64,000 bases of DNA from positions 144,956,001 through 145,020,000 of the forward strand of contig OX597814.1 of the NCBI GenBank assembly GCA_951406725.2. The letters are read 5' to 3'. Both the position numbers and the translations under genes were made by a program. Shown here one piece after another: positions 54,685 through 64,000 of this stretch (position 1 is the first letter of the stretch; each line of letters starts with the position of its first letter). A model generated the notes under the pieces. The model had not been told where the DNA came from. It did not search any database and saw only the letters and a program-made list of their open reading frames with translations. Origin of the DNA: Octopus vulgaris (Eukaryota).

Positions 54685-54998
54685 AATAATTGGGCAGTAG
54701 GTTTTGTTAGTAAATGCTTAAAAGAAAATTCTGGATAATCTGGGATTTTTAGAAAGAGAAATTGACAGGCTAATTTGTACATTACAAGTGCAGTCTGTGA
54801 CTGGAACAGTAAAATTGTAAAATTATGCAAGAATTTTCTCAAGTTTCCAATGTGAATTTTTGTGAATTTTTCTGTGTTAACTACACCCCAAAGATGGAGC
54901 TTTGTACCATTGTGGGAAACTGTTATAACTCTGTTTGCCCCTCTTCAGTGGAAGATTTATAATAATTAAAGTGTTTAGGGACCAAAAACGTAACAAAG

Positions 54999-55000
<2 letters not shown>
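54685..55000 (+). mobile_element. R4/Dong-like 3' fragment
   Basis: AVGFVSKCLKEN..LGFLEREIDRLICTLQVQSVTGTVK..CKNFLKF; preceded by (CATA)n. Confidence 0.65.
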
Positions 55001-55029
<29 letters not shown>

Positions 55030-55094
55030 AACCGCACCTTCCGCTGCCGTTAGATAGGTTACATCTGGCACAAATCCATTGTATGTTATAATAC

Positions 55095-55145
<51 letters not shown>

Positions 55146-55156
55146 ACATTTCCTCT

Positions 55157-55198
<42 letters not shown>

Positions 55199-55463
55199 TG
55201 ACGTATATTTGCCATTTGAATATGGCTAACCCCTAAGGGTGGATGCTACTGTAGTTTGTAGCCCCAGGAGGACACCTCTTCCAGCTGGCTATAGACACAC
55301 TTTCTGTGACCTATCAGTATTTGTGAAGGGAAGTCATCCTTCCCATCTTCAACTTATGATACACAACTTATGATATATATATCCATGTTTGTATGTGTGT
55401 GTGTGTCTATGTACGTATGTATGTATACACATACGCACGCATACGTACGTACATACATATATA

Positions 55464-55981
55464 CGAGGGTTGATCAAGAGTTACTCCGACTGGTGCTATA
55501 AAAAGAAAACTACAATACATCAATTCGGCAGATAATCTTCATCATTGTTTCCACTGATGGAAGCATTACTGGAACTCCTTTTATGGGAAAGCAAGCAGCA
55601 GCCTCTTCGCATTCTACTGGATTTCCACGACGTCTTGAAATTCCATTGGGAGTCCTCCACTGCAAAGACTGATCCTTGGTTTCGGGGTCATACCCATAGA
55701 CTCACGATCCGTCAACTCTTATGGCCTTTTCAAAAAATGTTCGTCTTCCTCGACGCAATCAAGGAGATCTTTCGCAGTTGAAACCCGATTTTCGTTTTGA
55801 TACAATCACACTCTACACACTTTACTTCCAAGTACTTCCAAGTACACTCTATAAACAACGGAAGTGAGTGAGAACGTTATACGTTAGTGTGCATGCGCGA
55901 CAGAGATGAGGACCATTCTACGTCAAGAGGATTCATTCTGTAACCATAGCAACAGCCCCGATTCTTTTTGATCAGGTCTCG
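55464..55981 (-). mobile_element. Internally deleted mariner
   Basis: TIRs cgagggttgatcaagag / ctttttgatcaggtctcg; remnant YGYDPETKDQSLQW. Confidence 0.8.
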
Positions 55982-55996
55982 TCGAATATACATATA

Positions 55997-55998
<2 letters not shown>

Positions 55999-56075
<77 letters not shown>

Positions 56076-56136
56076 CATCCATCCATCCATCCATCCATCC
56101 ATCCATCCATCCATCCATCCATCCATCCATCCATCC

Positions 56137-56167
<31 letters not shown>

Positions 56168-56330
56168 AGTATATATATGTGTGTGTGTGTGAGTGTGTGG
56201 TGTATGTAAGTATGTGTATACATACAAAAGTCTATCCATCCATCCATCCATCCATCCATACATACATACATACATACATACATACATACATACATACATA
56301 CATACATACATACATACATACATACATGCA
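55999..56330. repeat. (TCTA)n/(TCCA)n/(CATA)n tetranucleotide arrays
   Basis: Read directly from the sequence. Confidence 0.95.
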
Positions 56331-57794
56331 TACAGTTGTTACTTCTGGTACTGCATAGAAGGATAATTTTCAGCTTCTGCTTTTGGATCTGTTTTGACAT
56401 TTTATTGTTTTCATCATAGTGTCTTTTTGATGTATAGTTTAGTGAAGAGAATGATGTTACTAAAATAATTTATTAAGTAACAAAGAAAACATTTAATCAA
56501 TTACCATTACAGTAGAAATATATAGGAAAGTTATTATCTTCAGCGATAATTATCGTAAAGAAAGGAAAGGGAGGTAAATACGAAATGGATGAAATTTTTC
56601 CATGTCTCCTTCATGTAATACTTTTATTTTTTTAAAATATAATTTAGGACTATGTTGTATTTTAAAGACTGTGGCTCATTGAGATATTGCGAAACCCATT
56701 TCGACTGAAAGGTGAAGCAAATGAAACGATCTCACATTAACACGGAAAAATTTTATACTTTAATAATAATATAGCAGCCGACTGGTGTCTTTTGGCAAAT
56801 TTGAATTTTATTTTGTAAATTTGAGGAAAATGGGATATGTTGATACTTATGTATTAGTGATGTAATTGAATTAATTTCAGCTAAGATTTGAAACGATCTC
56901 AGATATACTGCAATATCATGTTTATTATTTCATTGGTTGTATGTTTCTCTAAATAAACAGAGATATAATTAAAATTAAAAATAAATCAAATTCTATTACA
57001 TCCAAGGATGCCTACTCAAAGAATATTGAATATTGTTCATGGAACTCGATATGCTATTTCTTATGTATGTATGTATATATTTATGTATGTATGTATGTAT
57101 GTATGTATGTATGTATGTATGTATGTATGTATGTATGTATGTACGTATGTAGTAATGCGTTTGTGTATTTAAGTCTCTAAGTATGTATACATGTATATAT
57201 GTGTAAGTATGTTTGTATGTATAATGTATGTATTTTTGTATGCTTGCTTGATTTGGTTATGATACCAATTATTGATTTACAGAACAATGATATTAATATT
57301 ACGTGTTTACATTTAAATAAAGCGTTGGTGGAGATGAAGAGAGTATATTAAATTACAATAAAAATGTGAGCAAGTGAGGCATGAATATTCAAATATATAA
57401 CGTTAAAAAATAGAATGCACATGACGTTGTGATGTTTATGCCTTAACTAATTGTATTAACAATGGCAGGGAATAAAGATATTTCGCATGAGAACAGAAAT
57501 AGAGTCACATGACTGGGTAATGATGTTGAGGATCATGTAGGTCAACTATTTCGTAAACACACCTACGGCCAATTGCATGCCATTTGTTGGACTACATTGT
57601 TTAGGGTGCTGATCATTTATGTAATTTGGAAGAGTGTAGTCTGAAGGACATTGGCTGTGATTTTAGCAGGTCGAGTGGAAACACAGAGACTTTATTAATT
57701 CATGTAGCTGACGTTCTGTAGTTAATTCAGAGTTTATATAATTTAATGCAAAGAACGTTAATAACTGACTGGAAAATAATAATGTGGAGAAACA

Positions 57795-57960
57795 TTATTA
57801 TTGACTATATTCTGTCCACTTCAGGACAAAAGCCTCAGCATGCTCTTTCCACCAATCACGGTCTGATGTGGAGACCGTGAATTTGAGCTTCAGATCATAC
57901 AAATCTGATGGGCCTGCTCTGCCACACTGGCCCGAAATAGCCTTACAGGGAGGTGTAGAT
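57795..57960 (-). mobile_element. Short RTE 3' end
   Basis: DRDWWKEHAEAFVLKWT followed by (AAT)n. Confidence 0.5.
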
Positions 57961-57984
57961 TTTATACTCTTATCCAGGAGTATT

Positions 57985-58150
57985 TAAGGCGATTATCTCG
58001 ACCCCAGTGCTCAACTGGTACTTATTTTATCGACCTCCAAAGGACAATTGGCAAAAGTCGGCCTCGGTGGAATTTGAACTCAGATTGTAAAGACGGAGGA
58101 AATACCGCTAAGCATTTCGTCCTGTGTGCTAACGATTCTGCCAGCTCAAT
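57985..58150 (-). mobile_element. SINE family A
   Basis: tcgaccccagtgctcaactggtactt...taacgattctgccagctc. Confidence 0.85.
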
Positions 58151-58600
58151 GTCTTAAAACAATATTAATAATTAATGTTTATCTCTGCCAAATTCAACAG
58201 CCCGCATGTTTCGCTATTATTCTTACCTCACCAACAAAGTCCATTCTTTATCGTACTTGCGAAAGTAGTGATAAAAGAGTTAGTAAGTGTGGTTCCTTTT
58301 TAATAGGAGGTGGAAAGGAGAAATGCTTTGTGATTTATTTCTTAACTTTAGACTTAACTCTAGCTTCCATGAAATAAGCCACAATCATATACTAAGCAGG
58401 TTTAAACGACTGTGACATCTCTTGTGCACGTCCATGGTCTTATTGCACAGGGAGATTAAGAAGCTCAATACAACATAAGGTATGAAAGAATTAGAGATAT
58501 TTTGATCTTTACTGCTTAACGGAATTCCAGGAATTACAATCTCAGTTTAACATAAGCTTATTTTGGTCCCTATTCCATTCATTGGAATATTGACATAATA

Positions 58601-58997
58601 TTTTCTACTTATAGGCACAAGGCCTGAAATTTGGTGGGAGAGGCCAGTCGATTAGATCGACTCCAGTATGCAACTGGTATTTAATTTATCGATCCCGAAA
58701 GGATAAAAGGCAAAGTCGACCTCGGCGGAATTTGAACTCAGAACGTAAAGACAAACGAAATACCTGTTTCTTTAATACCCACAAGGGGTTAAATATAGAA
58801 GAGACAAACAAGGACAGACAAAGGTATCAAGTCGATTACATCGACCCGTGCATAACTGGTACTTAATTTATCGACCCCGCAAGGATGAAAGGCAAAGGCG
58901 ACTTAGGCGGAATTTGAACTCAGAACGTAACGGCAGACAAAATATCGTTAAGCATTTCGCCCGGGGTGCTAACGATTCTGCCAGTTTGCTGCCTTGA
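58601..58997 (-). mobile_element. SINE family A dimer with two different tails
   Basis: Flanked by TSD aatattgacataat; junction gaaatacc|tgtttctttaatacccacaagggg at ~58764. Confidence 0.88.
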
Positions 58998-59721
58998 AAT
59001 ATTGACATAATGTTGAATAGATGTAAAGCCATATTCTTCTATAACTTCCCCAAAGCCATAAATGTTGTATAAATGAATCAGCTTCAGGCGGAAATTGTAC
59101 CTTATGAAGGGATTCATGTTAATATGATTTTATCTCTTGTCCTGCAGCATTTGCTCAAATCATTAACACTCGAAAGAAAGAAAAGGAAGAAAATACGATG
59201 AAAGATTGGAATCTTTATGATTTTTTCATCAAGAGTAATGTTAGGTCTTTCTTGAGCTTAAATTGTTTTGTATTCAATTGGTGATCGGGAGTTGAGTGAA
59301 CTGGAGCAAGTGTTTTGCCTAAAAGCACAACGCATTTTAAGGCCCAGGAATCGAAATCATGGTCTTACGATCGTGAGTATAGTATCTTAACTACTAGGCT
59401 ACGCACCGTATCCTTTTCCTAAGAGTAAATGAGGAGAAAATATTTAAAGCACCTTCAGCTGTTGATCCATGTTGTGGATTAGTGCAAAGTTCGTTTCATG
59501 AAACCAAATAATCAAAATTGAAGTAAAAGCAAGTGGAAATCTAACGCGGAATACATTTTATTTTTACACTGGGAGGAAAAGCGACCGAGATTGATAGAAC
59601 AAAATCCTCACACTGGAAACCGAATGTTTGAAACAAACTTGACACCACTAAAGTCACCCCGAGGACCATCTCATTGTGTTAAAGTGGGTGAATAGATTGT
59701 CTACAATCTAATAGTAGGAAT

Positions 59722-60002
59722 TGTTTGTTCCTTCTCGAGCCATGCCTGGCTCATAGGGCCGGTTTCTCGGTTTCCGTGGCGTATAGGTTCCCTGCGCCAG
59801 TCCGTCGCAAGTGAGCTGCAAGACACACGAGGAAAGAGTGAGAGAAAGTTGTGGCGAAAGAATCAGTAGAAGTTCGCCATTACCTTCTGCCGGAGCTTAG
59901 GTGTTTCGCTCATAAACACACATATCGCCCGGTCTGAGATTCGTACCCGCGATTCCTCGACCGCAAGTCCGCTACTCTAACCACCAGGCCATGTGCCTCC
60001 AC
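59722..60002 (-). mobile_element. SINE family B with 12-bp TSD
   Basis: TSD aatagtaggaat at 59710-59721 and 60003-60014; tRNA-like head ggcctggtggttagag...ggtacgaatctc. Confidence 0.9.
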
Positions 60003-60902
60003 AATAGTAGGAATAGTTCCTTTAAAAGGCTTCCACATAATTTCCGTCTAGATACTTTCCTAATATGCTGTAAAATAGAATCGGACACAAAACTTCACGT
60101 TTTCGAAGCAAACACTTTCATTCATACAGCCATGTCTGCACCAATATATTGGATCCATAAAAGGATGTGAGTGTTAGTAATTTTTATTGACTCAGGGTAG
60201 ATGAAAGCATCATTTAGTCACGTTATTTGATATATTAATTATTGAAAAAATAATTCAGAACCACGCTACACTGTTTTAGCTGTTTTTGGCTCCTTATCAG
60301 AAACATTATCAGGATTTGTCACTAAAGAAAACATCTAAATATTTCATGTTAAATATTTGATTATATAACGCTTTCGTTGTTTTGTATTTAAATCTGAGAG
60401 GTGGGGAAGTGTCCATAGCTTCCCAGAGTGGAGGTTGTCGATACAATTAATGTTCAGCTTCAGTTTCTTTAAGCTTAATGTCTGTAGGGAAAACAATGAC
60501 ATGAGCGATGTTATGGAGAAGGGGTTGCAGTCATAAGAAAAGAAGTTTTGGCCAAGTGTATAATGCTGGAATTTGAGGAATTGAGAGATATTATTGTGGT
60601 GATAGAGATAGTATGAATGAAGTGTTGACCTGAGAAGTAGTATACGGTTTGATAGCTCAGAAGAGCATGAATTATCATGTTGCACTAATTTTTTCTTAAG
60701 TATAGGTACTAAGTTATGGTGGCGTGCTGGCAGAATTGTAATCGCGTCGGACAAAATGCTTAGCGGCATTTCTTCCGACTTAAAGCTCCGAGTCCAAATA
60801 TCTCCGGGGTCGACTTTGCTTTTCATTTCGCACATACATAAATATATGATCACCATTTATATTATATAAATAACAATGATTACTAATATTTTATCTCTAC
60901 AA

Positions 60903-61116
60903 AGGCGGCGAGCTGGTAGACACACCAGCACGCTGGGCAAAGTGTTTAGCGGCATTTCCTCCGTCTTTACGTGCTGATTTCAAATCCACCGAGGTTGAAT
61001 TTACCTTTCATCCTTTCGGGGTTCAAAGAAAATAAGTACCAGTTGAATACTGGAGTCAATGTAATCGACTTTTCCTCGCCCTCAAGATTGCTGGCCTTGT
61101 GCTACAATTTGATATC
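60903..61116 (+). mobile_element. SINE family A with 18-bp TSD
   Basis: TSD aatattttatctctacaa at 60885-60902 and 61117-61134. Another partial copy lies at 60718-60830. Confidence 0.9.
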
Positions 61117-61183
61117 AATATTTTATCTCTACAATCCACGAATTGCTTGACTTCAATGTCGTGAAAGATAATTCAGCGATATA

Positions 61184-62451
61184 CAAGGGTGGTATCAAAA
61201 TGTTCCCGGACTAGTTCTATAGCGCGCCAACAGATGGTAGCACACAGTTGCATGCGCAATGAGAGCTAGCAGTAACCTTCATGAGGCAGTGTACCGAGCG
61301 GCATCGTTGTGTTTACTTCGCAAGTTGTGAAAGTTTGTGATTTTGTGATCACGTGTACGCTGTATTCTGCGATTTTGCCTCGGACAGGAACAAAGAGCCG
61401 ACGTGAAATTTTGCGTTAAACTTAGGAAGTCTGCTACAGAAACATTGAGCATTTTTCGGCAAGCTTACGGCGACGAGGCAATGGCTCTAGCACAAGTTTC
61501 AAGCGGTACGGGCGCTTCAAAAGCGGAAGAACGTCCACGGAAGATGAGAGATCTGGAAGAGTTTCCACGAGCGTCACCTTCGGAAATGTGGAGAAATTTC
61601 ATCAGCTTGTGCATGAGGATCGTCAAAGGACAATCAACGACATTGATGATGTTGTTGGTTTGTCGTGTAGGTCTGTGCAGGCAATCTTAACGCCTGAATT
61701 AAACATGTGGCGTGTCTCTGCCAAGTTTGTCCTCCACCTGCTAACCATTGCGCAGAAACAACAGCGCGTAGAAATCTGTCAAAATCTCCATCAGCGTGCT
61801 GCTGATGACCCATCCTTCATGTCGTGGACCATCACCGGTGACGAGAGTTGAATCTACGGGTTCGACCCTGAGATGAAGCAGTAGTCGTCACAATAGAAGA
61901 GCCCTTCATCTCTACGACTGAAAAAAGCAAGACAACCGCAGTTCAATCAAAAGAATGCTCTTTGTTTTTTTTCTTTATATCCACAGTATTGTGCATCAAG
62001 AATTCCTCCCCCAGGGCCGGACCGTCAATCGAGAGTCCTACTACGACGTTTTGAAGCGTTTGAGTGTGGACATTCGGCGAAAGTGACAGGATCTGTGATG
62101 TGCGAATAATTAGATTCTTCACGACGACAACGCACCCTGTCACCGAGCTCCCCTCGCTCGTGAGTTTCTCGCCAAAAAGAAAATGGCATCGTTTCCGCAC
62201 CTGTTCGCCAGATTTAGCACCTTCACACTTCCATCTCTTTACCAAGATGAAAATGCAGCTAAAAGGTCACCGATTTAATACCGTTGTCAAAGTCCTCGAC
62301 TCGCTTACGGAAATGACCTCTTAGCCGAATTTCAAAAGCGAAAGCTGCATTGCTGTGCAAGGTAGCTATTTTGCAGCAGATTATGTTAAAACTTAGGTAA
62401 ATAAGTTATTTTTTAGTAAACATAGTCCGGGAACTTTTTGATACCACATCG
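61184..62451 (+). mobile_element. Near full-length mariner transposon, pseudogenised
   Basis: TIRs TA|caagggtggtatcaaaatgttcccggacta and tagtccgggaactttttgataccacatcg|TA. Remnants KFCVKLRKSATET, ITGDES*IYGFDPE, HDDNAP, SPDLAPSHFHLF. Confidence 0.95.
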
Positions 62452-63413
62452 TAACTAATGTAAAATTTAAAAAACTATAACTATCTATATAAAAACAACC
62501 CCATTTATCTTCTATTTCAAGATTGTGAATCTTACCATCTTTAAATCACATCTTATATTTTCTGAAAAGTACCTCTGAATATTCAACAATATGACAGCAG
62601 TCAATATAACTCAAATACAATACAATGCAATATTTACTAAGTTTGTGTAGGTGTGCGTCTGGTCTGTTCCAACCTGAAGTAGTTACCGACCTCAAAAACA
62701 TCCAGCATCTGAGATTTTGGCAATTTTTATAAATATATTAGTCCTCATAAGAAATCAATAAAATTTGTGAAACGCAACAATAAAAAAAATAAGGCCAGAT
62801 TTAGGTTGTGGTGTGTTTATTAAGAATCTTTTAAGAGTATTCTCCCAAAACGTATTGCTGGAGTTGTTTGGTTCTATTGAAAGCAAGTAGTTTGTCATGT
62901 TAATCGAACAGAATGCTTTCAAAATCTGTTTTTAATGAAATAATGCAAATTGAACGTGAGATATTCCAGTTACATGCAGCGTGATCTCTGAAAAATGTTA
63001 TGGAAAACAGAGAACGCAGATTTAACTGTGTTTTCCCGGAAGTAGCAGCATAGCAGGGAATAGACTTCTGGTTTAGAGAAGAATTAACGAAGGAAATATA
63101 AACATAACTTTGAATTATTACTGAGTTAATAGGTCGTATGTCAGAAAGTGTCCTTAAGAGACTCAGATGATTTATACCTTTAAAATATCTTTCGTTAAAA
63201 AATTTACTTACCTGACAAACTGCCGGAGCCCTGCTTTCGTAAATACTTTCTGATGTCTTTATGCACAAATACAAAAACGTTTCGAATAAAACGTAACAAT
63301 CACATGGAGAATGGTGTTGTAATGAGATTACGGGTCCTTCTAAGGTATTTGTATTCAGCTCGCTTCTCACACTTTTCCCTGACTTACTTGGTATCGTTCT
63401 TCTAAATCGTATA

Positions 63414-63634
63414 CAGTAATCCCGCATCTATCGCGGGTGTTACGTTCCAAAATCCCGTGATAGGTGAAAATCCGCGAAGAAGAAACAGAACTGTACTGTA
63501 TATTTTTTTTTATTGTTTTTATAATTTGTATATATGTGTTTTATTATAAATTCAAAACAACACCACGCAGGAATCAACGTAAGCTTAAATAATAAACCGC
63601 GATTGGTGAACCGCGATATGGCGAGGGATTACGG
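63414..63634. mobile_element. pogo/Tigger-like MITE, same family as 1805-2011
   Basis: TA|cagtaatcccgcatctatcgcggg ... ccgcgatatggcgagggattacgg. Confidence 0.75.
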
Positions 63635-63816
63635 CACTGCGCACCTGCCGGAATGCAACACACAAGTAAAAGTAAAAACTGAAAGTGTTTTGGGCATTCT
63701 TTGAACTTGTTGTTGAGTATTGGTCTTGAAAATCTTTTGGAAAAGCATGAGAGAGATTTTAGCTAATGCCTATTTATATAATTTTTAACTGTTGTGTCTG
63801 GGGAAAGTCATTTACA

Positions 63817-63998
63817 TTTTGTGCCTTATAATTTAATACACTCACCGGTAAAATTTCCACTTATTTCTTATTTTTATTTTTCTAAAATTTTCGTTGCGTC
63901 TTGCAACCTTTTCAATAGTCTTGAATTTTAGGAAAATGAAAATAAGAAATAAGTGGACATTTTACCGGTGAGTGTGTTAAATTATAAGGCACGAAAAG
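63817..63998. repeat. Imperfect palindrome (~75-bp arms)
   Basis: gtgccttataatttaatacactcaccggtaaaatttccacttatttcttatt versus aataagaaataagtggacattttaccggtgagtgtgttaaattataaggcac. Confidence 0.9.
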
Positions 63999-64000
63999 AA

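Noticed and set aside
60344-60856. 170-aa minus-strand ORF
   Set aside because: The N-terminal part is antisense SINE; the rest is unassigned, possibly a decayed retroelement.
62900-63427. 175-aa minus-strand ORF
   Set aside because: Starts inside a MITE end and has no recognisable motif.

Overview
AT-rich eukaryotic intergenic or intronic DNA, most likely from a cephalopod (Octopus-like, inferred from the tRNA-SINE families and microsatellite load). No intact host gene is evident; most long ORFs in the track are translated microsatellites. The window is a mosaic of decayed mobile DNA: an RTE LINE split by SINEs, Tx1/L1-like pieces, CR1/L2-group, HERO and R4/Dong-like 3' ends, Penelope-like remnants, four Tc1/mariner lineages (two mariner, DD37D, DD41D), MITEs, a Helitron-N and many SINEs. 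Two patterns stand out. (1) At least nine minimal hammerhead-ribozyme motifs with palindromic stem III occur, mostly in short fold-back inserts within (TA)n tracts. (2) ORF1-only (gag-like) retroelements, a rearranged Tx1-like LINE and one SINE subfamily share a 3' tail, and some of them sit at recurring positions in the SINE itself. All calls come from reading the sequence by eye; no database search or folding computation was run, and boundaries of decayed elements are approximate.
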